A stretch of DNA of 59,837 bases, filler included, from Circinaria calcarea (lineage: Eukaryota): NCBI GenBank assembly GCA_051942165.1. It is 4 parts of 4 records of this genome, joined end to end, with 100 filler letters (N's around TTAATTAATTAA, not from the genome) between each part and the next. Parts side by side here need not be neighbours in the genome. Positions count along the whole stretch, not along the records: positions 29,981 to 44,859 come from JAVECS010000402.1; positions 44,960 to 59,837 come from JAVECS010000403.1; 2 more parts are not named here. One strand, 5' to 3'. The notes under the pieces were generated by a model, which was not told the DNA's origin, searched no databases, and was given only the letters and a program-made list of their open reading frames with translations. Below, piece after piece: positions 37,001 to 53,472 of this stretch. A program made the translations under genes and the position numbers. Positions within the stretch are counted from its first letter, which is position 1; each line of letters begins with the position of its first letter.

Positions 37001-37933
37001 GTACGGAGTAGATAATGTACACATCACTCACACGTGGAGCATGCAGGGCGACCGTGTGTAAGCATGGCGCAATCCTACGACACGGGTACCTGACGATCGC
37101 TGGTGATTCCATTCCATTCCACGGAGATAGGAGACTGCCCGGCATTGATGATGATTCCCCCAGAAGCAACCTCCAGAAGCATCTCAGAAGGACGGACTGA
37201 TTGTGGCACGCGATTAATTCATAGCAAAGCCCATTTGAACTGCGCGAACAAATCTCTCAATAATATCTAACTCTGATTGGTGTCTTTCCCTTGCCTACTT
37301 GCTGGCTCGGTTGGAATGAGTACATCGTGATACGGCGGTCTCCCCCTTGGGATATTTTCAGGAGTCACTAAATATATCCCACAGTCGCGGACTTGTACTT
37401 GATACGACCCTTTGAGCCTTCATAAAGACTCTGTTGGTGGCAGTGATTTCTTAGGTGAAGGACCCAAAGATCCTCTATGCTAGAAGAAAACATGGTTGCC
37501 AACTCTGACCTCTGTGGCTGTGGCCGAGTGCACAGATACGCAAAGGCGCTCCAACCATTGTCAGCCATGAGAATATAATTACGAGAAGAAGATACCTAAA
37601 CGGTACGATAACGTCGTGTATACCCCGCACTTTACCACAGGTCGTTACGCTGCTCTGTAGGCAACTCAATCAAGTCTGTGCACTGCTGCCTAAAGAGAGG
37701 TAGGCACTACAAAAAGGTAGCTGCTGCTAAGGAGTACATCTTTGGATTCCGTGACTCTTCTTGCTCTTCAACAATCGAATGCTCTCAGGCTGGATTTTAT
37801 TGCACCTTATCACGTCGTACTTAGTACCCCTGGTGGCTTCTAAAATATCCAAACTGCCAAACCTGCTCTCTGCCGTTCTCGCTCTTATTGATCAACCTGC
37901 CTCGGCATATTCGGCCCATCAACCTTAGAATCC

Positions 37934-40416
37934 ATGTCGAGTGAGAACGTTAATGAACAGGAATTCCATGTTCGGGATCTCCTCACTCGCTCCGTTACAC
38001 TGTACCCAGCAAGTGCACATATCGTGCGGGACATAAATGATGTTGTGCTGGAGGTAACTGATCTTTAAGTATCGCCCGAGTGCCTGAACAGCGATACTAA
38101 TACGAAGCCTAGCCGGGATCCAATCAAATCCAGATCTACGGATTGACTCCAACAGCGGACGAGAACTCCATTAAAGTTGATGGGAAAGGCTTTGCCACTA
38201 TTACAGACATGATCGTAGAGCTTGTACCCAATCCGGATGTATACGAAGACGTATATCTCTCCGAGTCCGATGAGGACTCGGACGAATCTGAAGACGATGC
38301 GTCTGACTCCGAAACGGAAGACGAGTTTACTAGGGATATCAACCAACAGATGAAGGAATTGGAGGACCAATTGACGAAAAGCCTCTCCTATCTCAATAAC
38401 GCAAAGTCTCGGTTGACTTTTCTCGAGTCTCTGATGGGTAAGGTCGACAAACCCGATACTAACAGTATTTCACGTAGCCTTGATGTATACCGTCTAGAAC
38501 GTGAAAAGATCACCAACGATCAGAGCATCTGGACTGGTGAAGGTAAAAGACTCCGAGAGACGATCCAGAAGCTCGAAAAGGAAAGTGCTAGACGTGGTAA
38601 GTCTGCTGCAAAGGAAAAAGCCAAGGTTCAAAAAGCCAAAGATAAGGCAAAGCAGAAAGAATGGGAGAAAAAAGAACGGTTGAGGACAGAACGACGTCTT
38701 GCCAAAGAGAGGACGAGGGAAGAACGGAGCCACTTTTGGCCAAAGCAAGTTTACCGGATTGTACTCACCTTAGAGAGCAACTCTGGCATGACGCCTTCTT
38801 CTTCGCGCCGCGGATCGGTAAATAGCCTCCCAGAGGTCGCTATCCCCTCTCAAGGGTCTAAGTCGGATTTCGCTCGTGACTCTAGTGATGTTACACTCTG
38901 CCTCTCCTACATCACCCAGTCGGCTTCATGGTCACCTCACTACAATCTAAGCATTTCCACACCATCTACCTCTGGCACAATTATCTATCGTGCCGAGTTC
39001 AGTAACACAACATCAGAAACCTGGAAGGATGCCAAGGTCATCTTATCTACGTCCCAGACCTCCTTCCAGGGCTTAGACGAACCTATTCCCACTATGAGCC
39101 CCTGGCACCTACGTCTCAATAAAGGGTTTGGATACAACAAGGGACCTATATACAGTAGCGAGGAGATGAATATCAGGCGGAATCTGCAAAAAGCGACCGA
39201 AAACTCATACGCTCAGCAACGTGGTGACCTGTTTGGTCATCTCCCTAGACAGAGGGCTCCATTTTCGAAGCCAGTCATTAGTGAAAGGAGAGTACAGCGG
39301 TCGGCTAAGCCAAATATAATGAGTAAATTTCAGCTGAATCGATCTTCAATGCAGCAGCCACAATGTGCGGGCATGGCAGAAGAGGCGGAAAGTAATAGTA
39401 ACGGTAATAGGGGTTTCGGACGCTTTGACGGAGACCAAAATACAGTCGCAGCAGTGAATACGTTTCAGGGTAACTTCTTTGGTAATGCTCCTGCACCTCC
39501 GGGTGCGCTATCTAGGGCTGCGACTCAGGGTTCTAGTGTCTTTGCCAAGACTACAGCAAATGCCCCCTTCGGTTTTCCAGCTCAAAATGAGGCCACTTTG
39601 GTTCCGTCAGATGCGTCCCTCGTATTCCAAGAGTCCGTTTGGGAAGAGACAGGCTTAACAACGTCATACGATCTCCCCGGTCTACGTACTATCCCTCCAA
39701 GCAAGACAGCACGCAGACACAAAATTGCAACTATCGAATTAAAAGACATCCAACTCTCCTACATCTGCATACCTAAACTCCGTACCGCCGCCTTTCTGAA
39801 GGCCCATGTGACAAACTCCTCAGGCGTCACACTACTCAAAGGTCTTGCCGGCCTGACTCTCGACGGCTCATTTCTAGGAAACACGCATCTCCCCCGGTGT
39901 TCTGCAGGGCAGACGTTCACCCTCCCGCTAGGAGTCGATCCAGCCATCAATGTGCTCTACAGCCGACCTGGCGTCAAGAAAAACATCAGTAGCGGGGTCT
40001 TCCAAAAAGAAGACAGCTGCGTCTACACCCGCACCATCACCATAACCAACACCAAATCCATCGGCGGCCCCATCGACTTGGTCGTTTCCGACCAAGTTCC
40101 CATTAGCGAAGACGAGAAACTCAAAATTGACGTCCTCACTCCCAAAGGGCTCAAAGGTGAAGGAGACAAAGCTGCTACTGGGCAAGCTGTTGAGGATGAT
40201 GCTGTTTCGAGGGCATCTACAAAAGGGAGTGTCTATTCCCTCGACGGAGCGAGGGGAGTCGTGGGCAAGGACGAGAAATGGGGCAAGGCGGTTGCGACGT
40301 TTAAGAAAGCGGGCGAGGTGGAATGGAATGTGAAGTTGAATCCGGGAAAAGGGGTGAGGTTGCTGCTGGAGTATGACACGAGGTTCCCGTCGACGGAGAC
40401 CGTGGTAGGGGCGTGA
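37934..40416 (+). CDS. DUF4140/DUF4139 (mucoidy-inhibitor-like) protein; one 5' intron at about 38054-38111
   Basis: SVTLYPASAHIVR; LTPTADENSIKV; coiled-coil region; ASWSPHYNL; NTTSETW; LDGSFLG; LGVDPAI; DQVPISEDEKLKI. Confidence 0.85.
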
Positions 40417-42248
40417 AGAGAAAGGGGTTTAAGAATAAGTCGACAATGAGGAGAGGGTACGCGCTGGGGGATTAGGGATGCAGTGAATTCTAGGTTGTGA
40501 GGGTAGATACGATACTTGGTTTAGAGCTTCAAAAGGCAAACTGATGAAGAGACAGCGATGGGGTACCGTATAATACTTTTCGGGGTAGTAGGACCCCATA
40601 TAGATCGAAGATTTACAAATTTATACCCCACCTCTAGAGACTGGAGTAGCCTGGAAAGGTCACTACTGCCACAAAGTTTTTGGCTCGACTAGTGGTTTGC
40701 ATACACTATCGCCAAAGCATTCATTATCGTAAAACGCAATAGCTTACTGTCGCAACGATTCACTATCTCAATAACTGCAATCTATATTGGGGGGGAAGTC
40801 GCCAGGGGGGAGTCGTCCGGTTTTCTCAAAGTAAATTAGCAACGGCAGCAAGAGCAACAGAGGCAGCAACTCACAGCAACAGCAGATGCAGATACAAATC
40901 CTTCAATAGGAGCTAGCAACCTCCAAGGACCTCGTCGAAAACGGTTTGTTGCGAGGGAAAATCAAAGGCGAGCAGAAGAGCGTTAATAAGAGCACTAATA
41001 AGAGTAATTATTACAAGAGTAAGGTCCCACAAGTACGAGTTGTTAAGTATCAATCATAGTAATTTCAAAATACGCATACCAAATGGGTGTTAGGAATACA
41101 GTGGTTTAGCAGCCAAGTAACCAGTAAGAAGAGACCGAAGTTTATGAACCTGCTGAAACATGTTGTATAGGAGATGATATATATCTTAATACCTTGGTAC
41201 TGAGAGCTGGTATATATAATGGATGTTTAAACAAGCAGATATTCTTTAACTCCTGGGGATTTCATTCAGACTTTAAGATGTCTACCGCCGAAGGCCTCAG
41301 TTAATTTGATAGTGATGGGCAGAGACAGGTTTTATATTAACAGAAAGCGAAGTGGCGAAATTTGGCGGGCTTAGCTAGTGTGAGGCCGTAGAGTACTTTA
41401 CTTGACAAGTATCTAAGGCTGAAATATGTGATAATGTGAGGCACGAGCAATACGGTGGCTATACGCAGTGTATTCGAGAACATATTATTTCAAAAAAAGC
41501 AGTGTACGAGTGAAAGGTTTCACTATAGCGCCAAGACGCCAAATAAGCAAAATATCGCCACCCTCTAAGCGTAAAGCATCACAGTCGCGTGGTTTTGTAT
41601 ACCCATATACTGTTTTTTTCAAAAAAGGGTTATATGATATCGGATCGGAATAACCTTCTTACGCGGAGCTAGTTTGAAAGAAGTCTGATGCCTCCGGAGC
41701 TTGCGGAGGTGGCACTGAGGCAATACAAACCCGTACAGAGCACAGACAGCACGGGCTAGAATCCTTCACTAATCCACGTACTATATGGTACAGGGTTAAA
41801 GACAAGGGTATTTACTTACCCGATTTTTTAACAGCGCTTTAATACTTTTCCCGAGTCTTTCCACAACACCGCATAGAGAAAAGAATAGTGGTCTCGTGAG
41901 AGATAATACGCTTGAGCAAAAACTATCAGCCATATCAGAACTGTATTTCCGCCACTAAATGTACCATACCTTGTCAGTGATAAAAGCGGCGTTGTATAGG
42001 AACTAATGAATGCCACGAAGGATTCATAAAGGATTCACGAAGGATTCTAGCCCGAGCTGTCTGCACTCTGTACAAACCCGTCTATGCAATGTCATCTGGT
42101 GTAGTTACTAATCGCATCGTGGCTTTGGTGGCCGTCCAGCATCCACTCCAGGTGAGCTTCAATATGCATCTACTTCATCTTCTTTCCGCTCGGTTTCGAC
42201 CACTCGCAGCCATTGAAATCTGTCGGAAAGTTGATATCCGGTTAAAAC

Positions 42249-44506
<2,258 letters not shown>

Positions 44507-44834
44507 ATTTCTTTCGAAGCGGAGAAAAAGGTGATAGATGGAAAACGAGGGATGGTCATCGATACGTTATCCATTGAGTTTTCCATTCACCCTAGACCGA
44601 AAAAGGGAAAGAGGGTTAGGAAATCCAAAACATCAAGACACACGCGCTACAGACGGAAATTATTCCCCCCATCTCCCTCATTCCCCATTGCTTTTTTCCC
44701 GTCCCTTTAAAAACCATTCAAACGAAACCTCCACACACACCTCCAACCGCGTGGTCTTGTAAAACGCCTATGCTCTACCCCATGCTACACATACCCTATA
44801 TCTCCCTCCCCCCCCCTTTTCCCCAAACCCATCG

Positions 44835-44859
44835 CTCTCTCTCTCTCTCTCTCTCTCTC
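44835..44859 (+). repeat. (CT)n microsatellite at contig end
   Basis: Seen directly; a likely cause of the assembly break. Confidence 0.9.
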
Positions 44860-44959
44860 NNNNNNNNNNNNNNNNNNNNNNNNNNNNNNNNNNNNNNNNN
44901 NNNTTAATTAATTAANNNNNNNNNNNNNNNNNNNNNNNNNNNNNNNNNNNNNNNNNNNN
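44860..44959. other. Artificial contig linker
   Basis: N44-TTAATTAATTAA-N44. Confidence 0.98.
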
Positions 44960-45705
44960 GTTATATACATGTATTATCAAAGGCGGCTAGAGAAAACAGG
45001 ACGGGAGGGAAACCGACTGGATCACCAAAAGCAGCGCTACCATATTGGGAGATGGACCTAATTCTAGTAATGTTCCCGCCCTGAATACTGCGCAAAATCC
45101 GAACATGCAGCAGAGCATGTTTCGATTACGTCGAAAGCTAATGGAAAGTCGAGAGCACGCGTACGTCAGGTTACTACGCTTAGTGCGGAGCGGGGTGGGG
45201 AAGGATATCACGGATATATGAGCATGCCCACCTATTTCTTGCCTTTTCTGTTCTGCATCTCCGCATTTTCTCGCAGAAAGTGTTTCTGCGCGCATACAGT
45301 GTATATTATTTCGCTCCCGCCCACCCGCACCTTTTGAGGTCGTAGATTACTACTCCAGGTCACTGTCGCATAGATAGTGGGAGTTTCTTTTGGCGCCGCG
45401 CAGGCTACTATTGCACGCTGCGCATGCTGGTAGCCTTCGGCGCTGGGGGGGGCCAACAACTCATAAAAATTCAGATTTTCATTAGTGCACGTGACTCAAC
45501 CATTAGTATGTTACATATGTTAGTGGACCCTTTCTGACCAATACCAGGGCGTGTTTTCTGTGCCAACATGGTAGGCCCGCTATTTAGGTCTTACGACATT
45601 AGCCTTACGTTATCGGTGCCAGGCTCCTGTACATAACAAACCTCTTACAAAATTTAGCTAAAAGCCCCAGTTTTTCAGGTTTTGGATACCCTCAACGCTG
45701 CTCAG

Positions 45706-48700
45706 ATGGTGTCCTCTCACCGTCTTCAACGGCGGAATACATCGACGGAACAGGGAAGTCATGTGGAAGGTTTTGAGCCAGAGCCAGAGCCAATCGCCAT
45801 TGTGGGCTTGGGTAAGTTCGAGCTTCTTATGCTTTTCACATTATGCTTATGTATGATTAGCTTGCAGGCTCCCAGGTGAGGTTAACAGTGCATCTTCGCT
45901 GTGGCAGTTATTGGAAGAACAGCGGTCAGGGCAGTCTAGCGTCCCTTCGTCTCGATTCAATATCGACGGATTTTACCAAGCATCAAGGCCAGATGCTCCT
46001 GGCGGCCTCAATATGAAAGGAGGATACTTCCTGTCAGAAGATATTCGCGCTTTCGATAACGAATTCTTTGGTATCAACGCCATGGAAGTAACACAGATGG
46101 ACCCTCAACAACGGAAGCTGCTTGAGGTCGTCTTCGAATGTTTGGAGAGTGCGGGAATCCCGCTGGACCAAATCGCAGGATCAGATACTGGGTGTTATGT
46201 CGGCAATTTTTCTTGTGACTACCCCGTAATGCAAATGAAAGATCCGGAATATCTTGACCGATATAGCGCCACCGGAGTTGGGGCGACGATACTGGGTAAC
46301 CGTATCAGCCACGCTTTTAACCTTCTAGGTCCGAGGTATACCTCTTAGTCTTGAGAATTCTTGGGGGAGAACTCTAACCACTTTGATAGTATGGTTATCG
46401 ACACTGCTTGTTCCGCATCACTTTATTGCCTTCACACCGCTTGCGTGGCGCTTGAGACCAAAGAATGTGATGCCGCGATAGTGGCTGGAGCCAATCTAAT
46501 TCAATCGGTTGAACAATACCTTGCAATGATGAAAGCCGGTGTTCTTTCGGCGACATCCACAAGCCATAGCTTTTCGGATGCTGCCGATGGATATGCGCGG
46601 GCTGAAGGTATCGGCGCCTTGTATGTGAAGCGTCTTAGTGACGCTCTTCGAGACAATGATCCAATTCGTGCTGTCGTTCGAGGAACTGCCGTGGGCCAGT
46701 GAGTTTGCCTTATGCGTGTTTCCAACCGAGCAACATGACTCATTCGACAATTTTAGTAATGGTAAAACAAATGGGATATTACGACCTAGCGGCTCTGCTC
46801 AGGAGGCAGTGATTCGGAAGGCGTACAAGAAGGCTTGCCTGGACCTTGATGGGACTTCGTACATTGAGTGTCATGCAACAGGTACGCGTGTTGGCGACCT
46901 AATCGAGGTAGAAGCGCTTTCACGCGTGTTTAATCGAAGCCTCGAACATCCTCTGCGCATTGGTTCGGTACGTGTCTATTCTCTTCTCATTTCCTCTCCT
47001 ATGTACACTGTGGTGAAACGCCTAGCAGAAGCTCTTTACATGATGCTCTCGCTTTATTGTCTACCTCCTCTTGTTGGGCCAACTTTAATTACCCTCTCCG
47101 TAGATCAAGACGAATATTGGACACAGCGAAGCTGTGAGCGGTTTATCAGGACTATTAAAGACTGTTCTGGCCTTGGAGAAACGGCGGATCCCTGCAACAA
47201 TTGGCGTTCAGAGCGTCAATCCTAAAATCAAGACAGCTAATTGGGGAGTTAAAATTGTTACTGAAAATCAAGAATGGAGACCACAGCGCCCAACCTCCTC
47301 ATCCAAAACCGTACTGCGAGCAGGAGTCAGTTCTTTCGGTTACGGTGGTGCGAATGGTCATGTTATACTCGAAGCCGCTGAACATTGGAAAAAAAAGATC
47401 GATCAGGGCGCTGAAGGAAGATCTATGATTGAAGGTTTAGATACCCCGCGAAAGACTACATATCTCCTTCCATTCTCTGCTACCAGCGCCAACGCTTTAA
47501 ACGCGCGAGTCTCCGATATCAGCAGATTTGGCACTGGAGATCTGGATATTGCAGACCTTGCTTATACTCTCGGATGCCGTCGTACCCACTTCTCTTGCCG
47601 AGGATATCTCATTGCTCACAAGGAGAGCTTGAGCAATGACTTAAAAATCGAATCTCTTCGGACTCTCCCTCATATTAAGCCTCACACATCCCCCCCTGAG
47701 TGTGCATTCGTATTCACCGGACAAGGTGCTCAATGGGCTGGCATGGGCAAAGAGTTGTTCGAAGAATTTCCTACTTTCCGCAAGAGTATTAGGGATATGG
47801 ATATCATCTTAAGGCAACTCCCAGTTCCACCCTCATGGACACTCGAAGAAGTTATGTTCGAGCCTGCAGAGACAAGTCCGATCAATAATGCACCTATCGC
47901 ACAACCAATGGTGACGGCTATACAGGTGGCTATGGTTGAACTCCTAACCTCCTGGCGCGTTTTCCCCAAAGCTGTCATCGGGCATTCCTCTGGAGAAATT
48001 GCGGCGGCTTTTGCGGCTGGAGAGATTTCTTCCGCACAGGCAATCATTGCCGCTTACCTTCGTGGCTATGTCAATGGCCTGAACAAAGTGGATGGCGCCA
48101 TGATGGCTGTTGGTCTTGGTAGCGAAGACGCCACCTCTGATGTCCATCTTCTAGGTCTATGCAAGAAAATTGCCCTTGCTTGTGTGAACTCACCAACGAG
48201 CGTCACCTTGAGTGGAGACGCAGAAGCGATCGCCACACTGTTAGAAGACTATCAGAATCGCAGTATATTCGCGAGAAAACTTAAAACGGGCGGGAAAGCC
48301 TACCATTCCCATCATATGGCAGTTTTAGGGCCGCAATTGGTGCAAATGATTGAGCAAGCTCTATGCCATCTACCACCCTCAAAATACCTGAATCGCAAGG
48401 CCGAATTCATCTCGACTGTGACAGGAGGACCAAAAGATTCTCACTTTGATGGGAAATATTGGCGCGCCAATATGGAATCTACAGTGCTCTTCTCCCAAGC
48501 TGTGGAGCACCTTATAAATCATCACAAGGTGCATGTTATTGAGATTGGACCGCATAGTGCTTTGGAACTGCCGATCAAACAAATACGGGCAAAGCTTGGC
48601 ATTGCCGAAGAACACAATCCCTATTCTACGGCACTTACGCGGGCTAAGAATGGAGCGGAGTGCATTCTTAATCTTTTGGGTCGGCTCTACCTCCATGGGC

Positions 48701-51700
48701 AAGCCATGTCCTTTGACAAAGTCAACTCTCAACTGAAAGGCACTCTGCCGAGCGTCTTACCAGATCTACCTCCTTATTCATGGCAGCATGATAAAGTCCT
48801 TTGGAGTGAACCTCGTATAAGCCTGGAGTTCCGCAATCGTAAACATCCACATCATGAGCTTCTCGGATCGTTAATCCCTGGTGGTGACGGCCTAAACAAG
48901 TCCTGGAGGAACTTGTTACAACGAAAACACGTACAATGGCTGGAAAGCCACAAGCTAGAAGAAATGGTTATCTTCCCAGCGGCTGGATACATTGCAATGG
49001 CTATTGAAGCGATCTCTCAGGCAACCGATAGTACAACATCTGAAAATATGACGAGTATAAAGCTTCGGAACATTACCATTCTCTCTGCTCTTGTCGTTCC
49101 AGATAATGAGCTAGAAATTTTCACCTCTCTTCGCCGGAAAGCGCTCTCTTCTGGCACCAAATCTAAGGTTTGGTGGGAGTTTGAAATTTCTTCTTATCAG
49201 CAAGATTCTCCAAATACACATGCAACCGGTTCCATAAGCATCCATTCAGGCGATAAAGAATTCCAAGTTATGCCGCCAGCTGATCTTACAGATTTCAAGC
49301 AGTCATCAGCACAATCTTGGTATACTAAGCTTGCGATAGGAGGTATGAACTTTGGTCCAGATTTTCAGTCCATCAAACAAGTTTATACTAAATCTAATGG
49401 CCATGCCCGAGCTACCGTACCTTTCTTTCGGCGCATCAATAAGACCGTGCAGCAGGGACCCGCCTATATTATTCACCCAATCACCATTGATGCACTGCTG
49501 CAAAATGGTATTATTGCAAATGCAGCTGGCTCGGCTGGGCGACCTGAAGGAATGATGGTGGTCAGTATGGAGACGGCTATATTCCGCCGTGCGCCTATAT
49601 CAACAACGGAAGATTCATATCTGATTAGTTCATCTGCCACTAGTATGGATTTTGGATGTGTTACTATATCATCTAAGCTACATGACGCAGACGGCCAGTT
49701 ATATGCCCATATAAAGAACGTTGGGATGGCGTCGTATATTCCGGCGACACTACAAGGCAATACCGCCAAGCGTCAGCCGACACTAAAAGTTACATGGAAA
49801 CCTGACTTTTATCAGAGCCTTGTGGCTAATAATGATATCTTGGATAAATTAAACAGTGTTCTGGAGATACAGTGGTCAGCGCAGTCAGTACAAAAAGAAA
49901 TAACAAGCATACTTTCCCTTCTAAGCCACAAAAACCCCAAAATTCGGATTTTGGTATTGTCGGATGCTGCCGCACAACAGACTTTGTATGAAGAAGCTGG
50001 TTTTTCGACTTCAATCCAACAACTTCGTTTATATACATCTGGCTATATTTCTGAAAACTGCAAATTATTCGGAAGTCGTGTAAATGTGCATATACCTCCG
50101 GAAAATAAACCCAGATTAATGTCATGCATCGAAGGGCAAACTTACGATGTTATTATTATTCGACAGCCTGCTTATAATAGCCCTAACTTGGCTAAGATGC
50201 TCGGTACACTCCTTGCAGACCATGGCCTTATTCTGGAGACTATCAAAAGCAGCCTGCTGAGTGAAGACACTTTCAGCTTTGTCTACAAGACTTTGCCAAT
50301 GACCTACGAACGTATCATTATTGCTCGAAGAAAAATGGATAGCCAAACCAAAAGCATGCCATTGACAATAAAAACCGTAATAGTAAGGTCTCTGAATGGC
50401 TTGTTATGGAATTGTCGACTGATATCAGATTATAGGTGGTACGCGACGATTCCGGGTTGATTGATGACTCTTTAGTGGCCAACTTAATCTCCATTCTTGG
50501 CCCTCAGACTCTCCGAATCAAGCTTAGCGGTGTGAGCCAGGAAACTTTGCCCACTGGTGCCATAGTATTTTCAACCTTGGAGGTTGAGCAACCTCTGCTA
50601 TCGACCATAACTGAGAAAGAAATGACGCATTTGAAAATAATCGTCGAGCGTGCTTCCAAAATAGTATGGGCTACTTGTGGAGGGTTCTTACAAAGCCCTA
50701 AACCAGATTTTTCACTTGTCTCTGGTTTAGCTCGGACGATGATGGTTGAACATCCTTCGCTATCGTTCTTTACCTTTGATATGGAAAGGGCAGATATAGC
50801 ATTGCCCGTGACGGCCCAGAACTTGGTTAACACCCTTTTTCAATCTGCAGGCTCTATTACAGACTACGAGTTCATCCAACACAACGACTTGATCTATGTA
50901 AGCCGGTTTGTTCCAGACGATCAGATGAACCAGATATTTAGACAATGTTATGATGAGGAAGCAGCGCCAATGATGTTGTCAGAGGCAAAACCATGTCGTT
51001 TAATAATTCGCCGTCCGGGACTGTCTAATACATTGTATTTCAAAAAAGAAAACTATTCTGGCGCTACGTCTGTGGAACTAGGGTTTGTTGAAGTTGATGT
51101 TACGGTAGTTGGCATTAACTCCAAAGATTTCTCTTCGCTCAGTAGTAAAATCGAAACTAGAGAGAATACGTGTATTCAAGAGTATTGCGGAGTCATTAGA
51201 CAAGTGGGACACGGCACTTCTCGATTTTCTCCGGGTGACCGCGTGGTAGTGATGGCACCTAGCCATTTGCAAACCCATCAGATTGTTCCAGAATGGGCAT
51301 GCTTCAAACTCCAGGATCAAGAGCAATTCCTTGCGGTTTGCACATTGCCATACGTTTTCTCGACTGCTTTGTATGCGCTAAATTATAGAGCACGGATTCA
51401 GCCCGGGGAAACGGTTTTGATACATTGTGAAGCAACCGATTTCGGCATTGCCGCTATACAGATTGCCAAATTAGCTGGTGTAGAAATATTCACTACAGCC
51501 AACAACGAAGCGCAAAAAAGTATGCTTGTCAGCAAATGTGGTATTCAAGAAACGCATGTGTTCAGCTCATCTGACAGCTCGTTCCTGGAGGCCATCATGG
51601 TTGCTACCAAAGGACGAGGAGTCGATGTCGTCTTAAATACTCTTTCCGGTGATTTATTACATGATTGCTGGAGAGCTTGTGCGCCTTTTGGTCGCTTTAT

Positions 51701-53338
51701 TGAACTTGGAACAAATGACTTGGACACCGGGAAACTCGATATGAATGTCTTCAAACGCAATACAACATTCTCAGCGGTGGATCTCAGCATGATTTTTTTC
51801 GATAATCATGCCTCGAGTCAAGCTTTATGGGCGAAGTAAGTCTACTTTATCTCTGTTGATTAACGAACTCTGACAAGAGCAAAGCCTCCTTACGAAAGTC
51901 ATGACCCTCTATCGATATGGTACTATAACCCCCATAGAACCCCTGCAGACTTTCGATGTTTCTGAGTTATCGAAGGCCTTGCATCAAGTCTCTTCTGAGG
52001 AACGGGTTGGGAAAGTAGCAGTGACGGTGGAAAATCCTACTTCATTGCTTCAGGTACCTTATAAGCCATGCCATTTAGGAAAGCAAATGACTAACTCAGT
52101 TATTAGGTACAACTTCCGCAATACAGTTTGTTTCTAGATCCCCAAAAAACATACTTCCTGGTAGGCTGCCTTAGTGGAATCGGCAGCAGCATCTCGAGAT
52201 GGATGATGACCAGAGGCGCTCGAAAGTTTGTCTTCATGGGCCGCTCCGGAGTAGATAGAGATAGTGCGCAGACGCAAGTTGATGAACTCAGAACGAGTGG
52301 TGCCGATGTGAGAGTTGCCCGAGGTGATGTAAGTAGCTTTCCCGATGTCAAGCGGATAGTAGCAGAGGTCGAGGGCAAGATCGGTGGAGTCTTGCACGCG
52401 GCGATGGGATTGAGTGTAAGTCCTGTCCCATAATGACTTCTAATAAAGACTAAACAGGCTTTTAGGAGGCTTTATTTACCCAAATGTCAACCAAGGCTTG
52501 GCATACTGCAATTGATCCAAAACTTCAAGGGTGCTGGAATCTTCACAACGCAATTAAGGGTAAAGATGATGAACTGGACTTTTTCCTTATGACTAGTTCA
52601 ATCTTGGGAAGCATAGGAGCAGCAGCTCAAAGCAATTACTGCTCGGCCAACTACTTCCTTGATGTTTTTGCTCGATATCGGCGATCTTTAGGTCTACCTG
52701 CAGTGGCCACAGGACTGGGAATGATTACAGGGGTTGGCTACCTCCACGAGAACCCAGAAATCGAGGCGCTCCTATCACGGACGGGAATCTCGGCACTCGA
52801 TGAAGGTGAGATGCTGCAGGTGATTGACATTGCGCTCTCTTCGAAGCAGCAATCGAGCAATCCATTCGACAAGTTTTCGGAAAGTCATATCCTCACTGGC
52901 TTGGAGCCATCTAGTTATGAAGCCCTGCGAGCAAAGAACCTGGAGGTATATTTCCCGGTTATGCATGATCCACGTGCGAGTGTCCTGGCCGCCTGCATCA
53001 CGGACGCGGACGACAGATCGGTGCAAGGAGCCAGCGAGTCTCTCCCCGTCGAAGTCGCTACCGCAATCAGCGCTGGGTCTTCGATGGGCGAGGCAATCGC
53101 CTCGTATATCATCCAACGCTTTTCCGCACTGTTACAGATACCGACGGAGCGAATGGATGTTTCCAAATCCTTGGTTGCTTTTGGAATGGACAGCATGATC
53201 GCTACCGAAATTCGAACGTGGTTCTTCCACGCTTTCAAGATCGATGTACCGTTTTTCGACCTGCTGGCCAAGTCCACTACTGTGGGCACGCTTACGGAGA
53301 GGGTTGTCATGACAGAAATGAAGGGAGACGGGGAATGA
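45706..53338 (+). CDS. Highly reducing iterative PKS, KS-AT-DH-(vestigial CMeT)-ER(degenerate)-KR-ACP; 9 exons
   Basis: KS DTACSAS, HATGT, NIGHSE; AT GHSSG; DH HKLEEMVIFP and IDALLQ; ER-like region with LIHCEATDFG; KR GCLSGIG and QSNYCSAN; ACP GMDSM. Eight GT-AG introns splice in frame. Confidence 0.93.
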
Positions 53339-53472
53339 TTGTCTTCTTGCCCTTTTTGTAAATAAAGTATGGACTTGAGGGGCTGGAAGTGAATTAGGGG
53401 TGTTTCTTGATACCGCGGAATTTAACTCGATTTAGTGTTCGAATCAAAAAGCTGGCGGCAACTGGTACTGGT

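Noticed and set aside
34242..37669. Many 60-170 aa ORFs in the long intergenic region
   Set aside because: No motifs, no consistent exon chain and overlapping on both strands, as expected by chance.
40560..42050. Possible transposon remnant between the DUF4139 and GMC genes
   Set aside because: Slightly AT-rich with short repeats (GAAGGATTC-like three times near 42017), but no TIR, LTR or transposase motif that I can support.
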